Translations under genes and position numbers: made by a program | The notes under the pieces: model-generated | The model's database searches: none | What the model was told of the DNA's origin: nothing | What the model saw: only the letters and a program-made list of their open reading frames with translations | NCBI GenBank assembly: GCA_009859145.1 | Contig: VRVR01000011.1 | Location: 74,097 to 138,096, forward strand | Source of the DNA: Andalucia godoyi And28 | Taxonomy: Eukaryota > Protista > Jakobida | DNA length: 64,000 nucleotides | Direction of reading: 5' to 3' | Shown: one piece after another, positions 30,643 to 40,879 of the stretch | How the letters are laid out: each line of letters starts with the position of its first letter | Numbering within the stretch: the first letter of the stretch is position 1

Positions 30643-33600
30643 TTACATCCGTGTACTCTTCGCGCGCGACCGTGTATCTGTCTTCAGTGGTTGCAATCCA
30701 TCCTGTTTGGATGGTGCTTGTAGAGTTTCGGATTTGCGGTTGGATGATGGTTTGCTAGCCTCCAACGATGCCTGGAAATCATTCCATCTTCGAGGCTGGA
30801 TTTTGATCCGCTCAATCGCCTGGAAGAGCATGGAAGCCTCCAAGTCAATGAAACGTCCTTGCAGCAGCGTAAGAGCCTCTTCTCTTGTGCAATTTTCAAG
30901 ACGGTTCGACAAGACGTACAGGATGCCATAAGCAGTTCTGAAAAGAGCCATTTCGCCTTCCAACAAGAACCAGTCCCAGATTCGGGTGCAGATCTCGAGT
31001 GGAAGTGCTCGTGCAAAGACTGTGGTGAACCAGTCCGCAAGATACATTTCAGGACGGATATCCAAGCGCTGGAATTGCGAGTGCAAGGACGGCATTTCGT
31101 CCTTGAGAGCACGGTCAAAGAATCGGACCCGTGCTTCGACAAGAAGTTGGTTACGAGTGATGAAACAGTCCAGGCAAGGCATTTGCAGCATATTTGCCAT
31201 TGCCATGAATGATTCAAATTGCTTGTTGTAAATCAAAAAGATGGAAGCAACAAATGCCAGACCCTCCACATAGCCAACTTCGGGGCGGTAGATGATCCAT
31301 GCGTCCAGCACGTCCAAGACTTCCTGTGAAACAGTTTGTGCACCCGGCTTCTCACTGGGATCGCCTTCGGAACTCTCCGACTCTCCCTGCAGATTGACCA
31401 CAATGTCCGGAAATGTGCTTTCGACATCCCGCTTCATACGAAGCATAGAGTCGCCGAACCCGGTAATCTTCTCACCAGGCTGCAGAAGAGCAACAAAGGA
31501 GCGCAAAACACGAGCCTGTGCAACGCAATCTGTAAAGTCGATTTCCGAAAGCCCGCAAGCGTTTCCAATCAACTTCAGCCAAACGCGTCCACGCACAAAT
31601 GTCGGAACACCTTGAAGAATCAGCTGTCTCAGGTACACCGTATCATTGTACTGATCCCAATGTGCAAGAATATCATCCTCCCACAGCGCCTTTGCTCTTG
31701 CATACGTCTTACCGCGCTTGTGCATAAGCCGCTTTCTTTCGCGAGCCCGGTTCTCCAAGTGGTTACGCTGGACAATCAGAGCAAAATGTTCACACCATAG
31801 ATCCCGAATGTTTTCCGACGGGGCTTCAAGATCCAGAGTGCGTTTCTTTCCAATCAAAGACAAGCAAAGCTTGTTCTTTCGGTCGATGTCAGCTTGTCGT
31901 TTGAACACCGCCGTCGACGCTCCTTTGTGCACTCCGACAACTTCAGACAAACTCATCTCGCGAACACCCGAAGTCGATTGGGGAATTTTCCATTGAACCT
32001 TCTTGCCGTCCTCAGAAATGCAGATGTGCCGCGGATGCGGTTTCCCTCTGCGGCCGTGCTTGATAAAGTCTGTTCCATTGATGAACATGTTTCGGTACTC
32101 ATCCTCGTCCAGCAATTCCATGACATCCTTCATTCTGATTTCGTTAGCAACAATACGATCATAGATTCCTTCCAAAAAGGCACGGTCAAGATCCTCCGAG
32201 TTATTCACGCCTCGAAGATTCCTGACAAAGTCCTCTCTTGTCATGCGACGCTTGATCTTGGGATTGTGGGCATCCGTATTCAGCATGATGATGGCAAAAG
32301 CAAGCAGATATCCTGCATCCTTTGTCTTGAATGCATGACTGTTCTGCTCGTAGTAGCGGTTTGCAAACTGTTCAATGACACGATCGATCTGCTGCGCTTC
32401 GCCTGGCAGGACGAAGTAACTCAAAAACTTCCGCAGCGCGTCGTCGATTTCCTCTCCCGCAAACTCCAACGAATGTAACATGCAGGTCAAGACAGCTTGA
32501 TTGAAAGGGTTCGCATCTCCGAGCAGCCTGCCTATACGAGACTTTGGCAGCCCTTGCACCTCCAGCAAGATCCGTGCGACATCCTCGGGTGCATCCTCTC
32601 TGCAGATTTCATTGGAGATCAGCCATTTGATCGCCTTGTTTGGAGAGTCTCGGAACAGCTTGAAAAACTCGTCCGGTGCTGCAGCATCTGTGTTTTGCGG
32701 TGGCGTCTGCGTTGTCTGCAGAACAATGTTGGGATGAGGCGAGGCAGGAAGCTCCTTGCCACCAGGCTTTGTCGATCGGAGGGTAGCACTGGGTGAGAAG
32801 TGTACATGATGCTCGCCGACCGCCTTTCTGTCCGCCACGGAATCCGGAACGGACACGACAAGATCACTCGCAGGCAGACCGGCCGGTCGAGATTCTCCTG
32901 CTGAAACAGACGCTGATTTTCCATGAGGTGGAGCCGGAGAGGAAACTGTCAGCGAGGGTGTGGCAGCAGCAGCAGCAGCAGCACCGGAAGCGGAACCACC
33001 AGTAACTCCCGAGTGTGCAGGCGGCAGCGGCGGCGGTGGTGGCGAAGATGCGTTGGAACGTGTTCCAGACGTCGGAATTATCTGCATGGACAACTGCGCC
33101 TGGTGAGACCGCTCCAGCACATGTTCGTTCAGACTCGAGGGCATCGACGAAGATCTCGGGAGCTGCGAGCTCACCGAAAGCGTCGAGGAGCTCCGCTCCA
33201 CATTGTTATTATGTGCCGTGGATTGGAAGGGAGACATTGCAAACTGCTGCTGCTTGAGGCTCTGTGCAAGGTTACAAGCAGCTATGAACGACGTCAGCTT
33301 TGCCTTAGCCTTTTCTCTCATGTCCACGGATCGCATTCTGCGATGCATGCCCACAGGTGTCGCCTTTACCACCGGTGCATCCGCTGAGCGCATGTCGACG
33401 TAGTTGGGTCCGGAAACCATAGGCGAGGACAACACGGACGGCATTCCTCTCATCGACGGTCGTTTTTCAAGCCCGCCCTCCACGTCCAGTTTGTCCTTAT
33501 CCTTCCCAGAGTTCTTGTCATTCTTCTTCTTGACGTCCTTGGATGGAGCCTTCTTCTTTTTGCTTGGAGAATCATCTTCATCCTCTGAATCACCTCCATC

Positions 33601-34230
33601 GTTCTCCGAATCGTCCTCTGAGTCGTCATCGTCCTCCTCTGCTGGCACAAACACCACTTCTTCATCCATGCGAGCGTTTGTCGCTGCTCTTCCGGACACC
33701 AGCGCATCATGCAGCGAATCCGGCTTCGCAGAGAATGTTCTGCTGAGCGCACCCGAATAGGAATGCACAACATGGGCGTCGTCATCCTGGTCTTCTTCAT
33801 CCTCGGAGTTATTCGCAGAGGGCGACGACGGAGGCGAGTTTCCTGCAGACGAAACTGGCGAAAACACTGGGTCTCCATCGCCAACAGACGGGACCATCAG
33901 CATTTCGTCTCCGGTGTTACGATGATTCAATTGCGATGAGGTTGACGGTGGAGTGTGAAACCCCGCTTGCGATGAGATTGACAATAACTCCGAGCTTGTT
34001 GGAGTGGATGATGATGACGATGATGCGCCTGTTGAAAACGAATTTGACCCATTCGACGAGGACGATGATGAGGATGCGGATGACACCGAGATCTGAGAAG
34101 ACGATGAAACGGCCAACGTCGCGGCTCTTCGACGCTGGATCTGCCGCGGAGAATCTGTCGATGGAGTTGGCGATCCGTTGCTCGATTCTCCAGAAGGAGA
34201 CGAAATGCGAACTTGCGGATCAGCGCTCAT
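30643..34230 (-). CDS. Sec7 Arf-GEF / PH / TBC-domain fusion protein
   Basis: Sec7 motifs FVLPGEAQQIDR and IIMLNTDAHN; PH domain (FIKHGRRGKPH...RTLDLEAPSENIRDLW); TBC fold (GVPTFVRGRVWLKLIG...MYLADWFTTVFARALPLEICTRIWDWFLLEG); long disordered N-terminus. Confidence 0.92.
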   Translation of the reverse strand: MSADPQVRISSPSGESSNGSPTPSTDSPRQIQRRRAATLAVSSSSQISVSSASSSSSSSNGSNSFSTGASSSSSSTPTSSELLSISSQAGFHTPPSTSSQLNHRNTGDEMLMVPSVGDGDPVFSPVSSAGNSPPSSPSANNSEDEEDQDDDAHVVHSYSGALSRTFSAKPDSLHDALVSGRAATNARMDEEVVFVPAEEDDDDSEDDSENDGGDSEDEDDSPSKKKKAPSKDVKKKNDKNSGKDKDKLDVEGGLEKRPSMRGMPSVLSSPMVSGPNYVDMRSADAPVVKATPVGMHRRMRSVDMREKAKAKLTSFIAACNLAQSLKQQQFAMSPFQSTAHNNNVERSSSTLSVSSQLPRSSSMPSSLNEHVLERSHQAQLSMQIIPTSGTRSNASSPPPPPLPPAHSGVTGGSASGAAAAAAATPSLTVSSPAPPHGKSASVSAGESRPAGLPASDLVVSVPDSVADRKAVGEHHVHFSPSATLRSTKPGGKELPASPHPNIVLQTTQTPPQNTDAAAPDEFFKLFRDSPNKAIKWLISNEICREDAPEDVARILLEVQGLPKSRIGRLLGDANPFNQAVLTCMLHSLEFAGEEIDDALRKFLSYFVLPGEAQQIDRVIEQFANRYYEQNSHAFKTKDAGYLLAFAIIMLNTDAHNPKIKRRMTREDFVRNLRGVNNSEDLDRAFLEGIYDRIVANEIRMKDVMELLDEDEYRNMFINGTDFIKHGRRGKPHPRHICISEDGKKVQWKIPQSTSGVREMSLSEVVGVHKGASTAVFKRQADIDRKNKLCLSLIGKKRTLDLEAPSENIRDLWCEHFALIVQRNHLENRARERKRLMHKRGKTYARAKALWEDDILAHWDQYNDTVYLRQLILQGVPTFVRGRVWLKLIGNACGLSEIDFTDCVAQARVLRSFVALLQPGEKITGFGDSMLRMKRDVESTFPDIVVNLQGESESSEGDPSEKPGAQTVSQEVLDVLDAWIIYRPEVGYVEGLAFVASIFLIYNKQFESFMAMANMLQMPCLDCFITRNQLLVEARVRFFDRALKDEMPSLHSQFQRLDIRPEMYLADWFTTVFARALPLEICTRIWDWFLLEGEMALFRTAYGILYVLSNRLENCTREEALTLLQGRFIDLEASMLFQAIERIKIQPRRWNDFQASLEASKPSSNRKSETLQAPSKQDGLQPLKTDTRSRAKSTRM

Positions 34231-35019
34231 TCAAACACAAGACTGCGTGTGAAAAAAAAGACGAGAGAAGGGTGAAGGGGAAAAACACACACACACACGC
34301 ACGCACGCACGCACGCACGCACAAAGAACAAGTGAAAGAAACAAGAAGAGAATAATACAAACGAGAAATTAAAAACAATAAAATAAAATAAGATAAAATT
34401 ATTAAAAAGACGTCATTTAAAATGAAAGGATAATAAAATGGGGGAATTATTTCATTATTATTATATTTTTTTTTTGGAGGAATTGGAGAAAATCCGAGCC
34501 TTGTGAGAGATTGTGGGGCGCCCATCGGAGTCCAGACGGGGGGAAGAGCAGGGAAGGGAAGAGAGAAAACGTGCCTCTCTTTTCTCTTATCTATTTTGTT
34601 GTTGTGTACAACCGCTTGGAAATGGGGTGGGTATGGTCTGGTTTTTTCCTGAAGCGTGCGCACAAAAGATACTGCACGAATTTTTAATATCATTATCATT
34701 ATGATTATTATTATTTGTACAGTTTCATTTTTCAGATCTGCATTCAACAGTCATTTCGTCTGCATACAAGATGCTTTCTGCGACAGGGGAGACGGAAATG
34801 TCTTAACACACAAGGGCAAGCAGGCAGAGAAAGGCGGGGAGTCCAGTTTCCCAGAATCCGGAACTGACGTACAGTGGGTCGTAAGCAGGCCGAGATTGCC
34901 TACGTTTTCACGGAAACGCACATCGCTGCTCGCTGCTGGCCTGTTTTCCCACCTTCACGTTGTCTGCTTCGAGGAAGGAACCGCTGGGAATATGGTACTT
35001 GGAGGGCAAATGGAGAAGA

Positions 35020-36780
35020 ATGGACGTAAAGGGAAACGATGCAATAATCGATTATATCGTCCGAATTGGAAAGGATGCTATACGTACTGAACTGTTGAAT
35101 GCAGCGGAAAAGAATCTAAGAAGCGAACTGCACACAATTCGCGTTCGTTGCGACGAAATCAAAGCTACCGTCGACCGCAGTTTCCAAAGGACATCCGAAT
35201 GTATGTTTTCAAAGTATGTCCATTGGAGAATGGAGGATCGACGGCTCGGGGTTGCGCTGCGTCGGATTCTCAATCAAATTCTGGGAAAGTACGGTGTTTT
35301 TGCACTGGGGTTTGAATCTGTCTTGGCAATATCAATCATCAGAGCTTCCGGCATATCGTGGAACCGGGTCGTTCTTTCCGCACGGTCCGCCCGCGATTTT
35401 ATGATTGTTTATAAACAATTGGAATTCCTGAAGAACCATCGGAAATTCATCGAGCGCACGCTAGATGAGCTTGCCGTTGTCGTTCCTTCTCTCTGTATCG
35501 AAGCCGAAGAGTTTGCCAGTGAAATGCAGACGAAGAAGAACAGACACGACAAGGAAAAAGCAGAAGTCGTGGTTTCTGCAACTGCTGAGGCTTCACCACT
35601 GTTGATCAAAATGAGTGCCGACGAGGTGCTAGATGCGTTTGATTATCAAGCCGTGGATGTAGGGACATTATACGAGGATCTGGAGTACGAGTTTCAAGCA
35701 TCGCAGCGTCGCAAGACCCTGTCAAGGAAGCACGGTTCCGTCTTGCTGTTGGCGGGAAACGGGGCAGCGTCTTCCATTGCATTGCAAGCCGAGTCGATTG
35801 GCTTGGAGGATCAGTACATGTCGCTATTTCCTTCGTCGGCCTCGTCCGAATTGATGCATGTTTTGTCAGGGAATGCTCCCTCACTGCCATCTGAAGAACA
35901 ACAGAATGCTGTGAAGAATGCACTGTGGGCCGTGTTCAATTCGGTGCTTTTGCAAATCGATTTCCTAGTGTCTGAATACGAGTCAAGACTCCAATCGGCA
36001 CTGATTCCTCTTGGATTCATGTGCGGTGCGGATCTGGCATTCGAGTGCCTGGCTTGTTTGCCACTGTTGACGGATTCATACGTATCGCAAACTGTAAGAA
36101 TGGTCGATTGTCGCCGCTCGTGCATGCTTCGCAGGCACTTGGCAAGCTTGAAGGTGGACATCAACTACAAAATGTCGCAGGTTCGCAAGCATCTGAAACT
36201 TGTGCAGGCAGCAAGAAGCAAGGCTTTCGATGCGATATCCGTGGAGGACACCGTTCTGCGCGCAGCACCATCGTACTCGGACCTGAAGAGCATGATGTTC
36301 TTGCACATTTACGACAATCGGGAGAGGAAACGCTTGCAGAGAATGCAGGAAGAACAACAGCGGCTGATGAACTTCCTTTCCTCTTCTTCTTCTTCTTCGT
36401 CGTCGCCGTTGTCGAGCATTGTGCTGCCGGGCGCATTGGATGCCGGGCTTTCTCTGCTGCAGAGTTTAGCTGCCTCGAAGTTTTCTGTGAACGTTGGCTT
36501 GCCGGTTGCAGAGGATGATGTCGCACTCGGAGAAGACTGGGTGCAGTCTCTCATGGACGGGTTGTCCGTGCTTTTCGCGAATGAAGTCATCCAGGAAGTC
36601 TCCCACATTGCTGGGAAAGAGAATGCCAAGATTGTATGCGAATTTTGGAAAGACGATGCACGTCGCATACATTCTGCGATTCAACAATTCGCGCGTCTTT
36701 CTGAGCCATGGCGATCCTCCATGATCCTCAAGAAATGGTACCGTCATTTGCAAACACTCCAAGAATCGTCAGCATTTTAA
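35020..36780 (+). CDS. Hypothetical helical/coiled-coil protein
   Basis: Long ORF, first in-frame ATG at 35020; no family recognised. Confidence 0.7.
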   Translation: MDVKGNDAIIDYIVRIGKDAIRTELLNAAEKNLRSELHTIRVRCDEIKATVDRSFQRTSECMFSKYVHWRMEDRRLGVALRRILNQILGKYGVFALGFESVLAISIIRASGISWNRVVLSARSARDFMIVYKQLEFLKNHRKFIERTLDELAVVVPSLCIEAEEFASEMQTKKNRHDKEKAEVVVSATAEASPLLIKMSADEVLDAFDYQAVDVGTLYEDLEYEFQASQRRKTLSRKHGSVLLLAGNGAASSIALQAESIGLEDQYMSLFPSSASSELMHVLSGNAPSLPSEEQQNAVKNALWAVFNSVLLQIDFLVSEYESRLQSALIPLGFMCGADLAFECLACLPLLTDSYVSQTVRMVDCRRSCMLRRHLASLKVDINYKMSQVRKHLKLVQAARSKAFDAISVEDTVLRAAPSYSDLKSMMFLHIYDNRERKRLQRMQEEQQRLMNFLSSSSSSSSSPLSSIVLPGALDAGLSLLQSLAASKFSVNVGLPVAEDDVALGEDWVQSLMDGLSVLFANEVIQEVSHIAGKENAKIVCEFWKDDARRIHSAIQQFARLSEPWRSSMILKKWYRHLQTLQESSAF

Positions 36781-36979
36781 GACTGGGTAAAAAAGACAGG
36801 GTGAAAAGTGCTATGATTTACAAATCCTGCTGCTCCTGCTGCTACTACATCAAACCCATGTGCATTCTCGCGAGAAGAACTTTGCGAGTCTAAGAAAGAA
36901 TTGCAAAAAGAAGAAGGAAAAACGGTTGAAGAGAAACAGAGGAACAAGAAACTAAGAAAACCGCAGAACCCGGCAGGAT

Positions 36980-39157
36980 TCATCGCAGGTTCGAGGACCG
37001 CAAGCTTGACGACGTACCATAATTACCGTGTGCTGAAGATGGTCTTGCGCTGGACGGCATAACAGAGTGCTGCTGAGCCATTGATGGAGGTGCTCCTTGA
37101 GTGTTTGCAATGTTACGTTGGAGAAGCTTGGAAGTGATTTCGTACGAGGACGTTACGTCCATCGCTGCCATCATGAGCTCTCGATCTCCCAAGTTGCTGG
37201 CCACTTTCTGTTGCACGTTTTCACGTCTCACCTGCACCGCGTCTGCTTCCAAGCGCGCCTTATCCACCTTGAGAGAGCGATTCTCTTGGAGGAGTTTTTC
37301 CATAGTTCGCATGACATCCAGACGTTCGTGCGTCAGAGTGCCATTGTTAGCGGTACCAAGGAATTTCTGGGTGAGGCGCAGCTGCTCGATTTCGTCCTTG
37401 AGCTTTTGCGCAGTCTCTCTGGCAGACGACAGCTCTGCCGCCAACACTGCTCGAGCAGATTGCTCCCGTTCCAAATCGGCTCGGAGGCTGTCCAAAGAGC
37501 GCTCTCTCGTGGAACTTTCGTCGCGTGCAAGCGATGCTTCTCGCACATACGCATCCGCACGAGCCTGTGCATCTTCCGCTGTCCTTTTGGCATCCTCGAG
37601 CTGTCTTCGCAGGGTATCCATGCGCTGCGTATACAACCGTTCAAGTTCTTCCACTTCGTCACGCATTGCAGCTCGCTCAGCTTCCAATTTCTTTCCAGCA
37701 TCTGCGTTCGACGATTGCGCAACCGCCGAGCGGTTTGCCAACCTTTCAACCTCTGCTTTGAGCGCAAAATTCTCCTCTTTGAGTTTCTGACGCATCATGT
37801 TGAACGTTTCAATCTTGGCTTCGACAACCAAACGCAAGAGCTGGGTGGTCCGTTCAATCCGGCCGACAGCAAATCCAATCCCGAAAGAATCTTCTGAATC
37901 TCCAGAAGCAACTGCAGTCGCATCTTCCATGGCAGCCAGCTGCGGAGGGACGTAGTTCGGCAACAGATCACGCGTGTACTTCTCCAAACCATCCGCAAGC
38001 TGTTGCATACGAGAACCTGCCCGCACAGCCTGTGTTTCCAAAGCCACAGCAAAGTGTTGCTGCGACTCCTTGTCATCCGACGACCGTCTCGCAATGTCTT
38101 CGGCAGAATGCTTGATTTGCACTGCCCTCGCGAGTTCAGACTGCGAAAGAGCAAGTTCCCTTCGAAGAGCCTCAATCTCGGATTGCTTTTGTGCATCACG
38201 AGCACGCAGCGTCTCGTTGGAAAAGCTCTGTTGTTCCGTTTTCAGCCGCTCCATCTCTCGACGCAGCTCTCGATTCAAGCTGGACATGGACGACAGCTCA
38301 GCTCTCAGTAGTGCATTCTCTGACGACAACGTCTCCGAAACGGGCCTCAGTGCCAGATTCTGAGAATGCGTATGAAGAGATGCGCTGCCCGTTGGTGCTG
38401 TGGCGTATCCATTCATCCGTGCACCCCCGTAAGCACTGCCTGTCGCAGATGGGAAGTTCCCGGTATTTCCGACACGACTTGCATTGAGGTTGTTGAAATG
38501 GTGTTGCGATGCTCCAATCTGAGTCGAAGAAGGAGCGTTGGTAGTTCGATGTGCAGGTCCAGGAGTCCAGCGGTACTCCTGCTGCGACTGTCTTTCCTTT
38601 TCATATGGTCGTGCACTCATTGGCATTCTGGCAGTCGCGGCCCCTGATGAATATGGATAGAACGGATTCATTTTTGAAAACGTCGATGGCGGGGTGTGCA
38701 ACGGGGCGTCTTTCAAATCAAAGTCGTTCAGCGCCGGTCCTTTCGGTTCTGGAATCAGCGGAGAGGCAGCAAGGAATAACGAAGAAGTAGGAGTCGATGA
38801 AACCGAAGTTGACGACGGATGCAGACTCTGACTCTGGTTCTGAAAAAGGCTATTGTGCTGTTGAATCCTGGAGTTTCGATATCCAGCAAGCTCAAAGTCG
38901 TGCTTTCCCAGTTCAAATTGCTGAGATGCAGAATTAGGATTCGCAGAGGACGAAGAACCAGAAGCTGTCACCAAGTCTTGAGTAGAATAGATGTGCTGTT
39001 CCCCGACCTGCTGATGCTGATGCTGATGCTGATGCTGACGTTGCTGCTGCTGTTGTTGCTCTTCCAGTTGCTGGAGCTCAATCTTCAGTTTGACTGCTTC
39101 GATGTACTGTTGGATTTCAGGATCCACGTCGGGTTGAACGGCAGCGGGATCCGACAT
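36980..39157 (-). CDS. Hypothetical long coiled-coil protein with Q/H-rich N-terminus
   Basis: About 725 aa; extended heptad E/R/L/A-rich region; centrosomal or cytoskeletal-like composition. Confidence 0.75.
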   Translation of the reverse strand: MSDPAAVQPDVDPEIQQYIEAVKLKIELQQLEEQQQQQQRQHQHQHQHQQVGEQHIYSTQDLVTASGSSSSANPNSASQQFELGKHDFELAGYRNSRIQQHNSLFQNQSQSLHPSSTSVSSTPTSSLFLAASPLIPEPKGPALNDFDLKDAPLHTPPSTFSKMNPFYPYSSGAATARMPMSARPYEKERQSQQEYRWTPGPAHRTTNAPSSTQIGASQHHFNNLNASRVGNTGNFPSATGSAYGGARMNGYATAPTGSASLHTHSQNLALRPVSETLSSENALLRAELSSMSSLNRELRREMERLKTEQQSFSNETLRARDAQKQSEIEALRRELALSQSELARAVQIKHSAEDIARRSSDDKESQQHFAVALETQAVRAGSRMQQLADGLEKYTRDLLPNYVPPQLAAMEDATAVASGDSEDSFGIGFAVGRIERTTQLLRLVVEAKIETFNMMRQKLKEENFALKAEVERLANRSAVAQSSNADAGKKLEAERAAMRDEVEELERLYTQRMDTLRRQLEDAKRTAEDAQARADAYVREASLARDESSTRERSLDSLRADLEREQSARAVLAAELSSARETAQKLKDEIEQLRLTQKFLGTANNGTLTHERLDVMRTMEKLLQENRSLKVDKARLEADAVQVRRENVQQKVASNLGDRELMMAAMDVTSSYEITSKLLQRNIANTQGAPPSMAQQHSVMPSSARPSSAHGNYGTSSSLRSSNLR

Positions 39158-39803
39158 ACACGGCTGAAAAAGCGGCAAGAGAAGAAAAAAAAATCAGAGT
39201 GACGGTCAACGACGACGACGATGACGACAACCAATAATAGCAACAACAAAGAAGAAGTCTCCTGTTTTTTCTGCTGAATGCGTAAAAAGCCAAGGTTTCT
39301 TTGACTTTCACTCACTCACGCTCTTATTCACGCCGACAAACCCACGACAAGAGCAAAAAACAGAAAAAGACGATTCTTAAAAAAGAAAGAAAACGATAAC
39401 AACAACGACAACAACAGTACTTCGTGGTACTGAGCTTGGCGGAATAACAATGAATCGGAAAGAAAAGGAGTAGGGGGAGAGGAAGAAAAAAACGATGAAG
39501 CTTAGGAAAACTGGGTTTTGGAAAGAAGATGGCTTTTGAGATGCACAAAAGACCTTTGGGGATTTCAAGGTGGTCGAGAGGGAATTCAAAGGACCTTTTA
39601 TGGTTTGCGAGCGTTGGGTGACTTTGGGAACCCCGAGAGACGGAATGTCGACGATTGTCAACTGCACATGGCGTCACTACAGTCGAAAAAGCTGTAGAGC
39701 TGCGCGGCTGAAGAGAGATGAGAAGACGAAAAGAGGAAGAAAAAAAAAAATTGAGGAAAAAGTCGGTCGGGCGGACGTGGTGTTGCAGCGGCGGCGGCTA
39801 CTG

Positions 39804-40748
39804 ATGATGCCGGATGATGATGTGAGTCAAGCTTCGGATAGCAAAAAGCGTGCCGTGTCTGAAATGACAGGCAGGAGCGAATCGGATCCTCTAAATCAGC
39901 CGTATCCAAAGCGGAAGCGAAACACGAGTCATTTACGTTCTGCAGAAGAGACTGAATTGCAAGACATTTGTTCGACGTTTGTGAAACGGAACGCGGTTGC
40001 AGGTTCCCAGCAAGAGCGATGGGAAGTAGAGACACTGCGGAAATTGCAATCCATCAAAGTGGCATTGTCAATTCCGTTTCATGAACACACGAAATGCGTT
40101 GCTGCATGGGATCCGCTGACTCGACGTGTTGCTGTGGAGAGGGTGAAGGGAAAGTGGCATGCTTGTATGGGATACTTTGAAAACAAAAGAAGATTCTTCT
40201 GGCCGGAGGAGACCGCATTTCTCTTCATCAAGGGGTTTTTAGACTTTCAAGAAGACGCCAATCCGCTGGATGAACCGTCGTTGGCACATTTCGTCCGGTT
40301 CATGTTGCAAATGCATCCTCACGAAATGATCATCGAGCGCATTCAGCTGTATGCGTTTCTGCGACATCAGGGATTTGATGTCAAGGTGAGGACAGCATCG
40401 CTGTGTCAAGAGATCCTTGTTCCAAACGTGGACTCTATGGTGCATCCATTCCACGTGGTGTACGAGTGCAAGGCCGCAGATGCGGACCGCAAGAGCGAGT
40501 ATTCATGCGTGATGTTTGATGATAATGTTTTGCCGATGCAGGCTTTGGCATTCGTTCATTCTCGTATGCCCTCGCAGGACGCCAGTGTCTTGGAAGCCGT
40601 CGATCTTGCATTCAATCCGGATCGTGCGTTTCAGCGAAGCAAAGACTCTGTCTGGAAAATGGCGCATGTCTCTGGAGCTTGTGTCGCGGTCTTCGATGCG
40701 CTGTCAGTGGATGTTTTGTCGCCCCGCGGACTCAAAATTGCTTTGTAG
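39804..40748 (+). CDS. TSEN54: tRNA-splicing endonuclease subunit Sen54-like
   Basis: CVAAWDPLTRRVAVERVKGKWHACMG...FWPEETAFLFIKG and QLYAFLRHQGFDV match the Sen54 N-terminal domain pattern. Confidence 0.75.
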   Translation: MMPDDDVSQASDSKKRAVSEMTGRSESDPLNQPYPKRKRNTSHLRSAEETELQDICSTFVKRNAVAGSQQERWEVETLRKLQSIKVALSIPFHEHTKCVAAWDPLTRRVAVERVKGKWHACMGYFENKRRFFWPEETAFLFIKGFLDFQEDANPLDEPSLAHFVRFMLQMHPHEMIIERIQLYAFLRHQGFDVKVRTASLCQEILVPNVDSMVHPFHVVYECKAADADRKSEYSCVMFDDNVLPMQALAFVHSRMPSQDASVLEAVDLAFNPDRAFQRSKDSVWKMAHVSGACVAVFDALSVDVLSPRGLKIAL

Positions 40749-40879
40749 CGCTTCTGCGAGGGAGAAGAAAACAACGGAGGATCGTGTTTCACAAGTATTC
40801 ATATGGAAGTTCTTTTGGACAACACACCGTTCGTGTTGGAAGGGACTCTGGAAGAGAAATGCAAAACAGCTGGCGTTTA

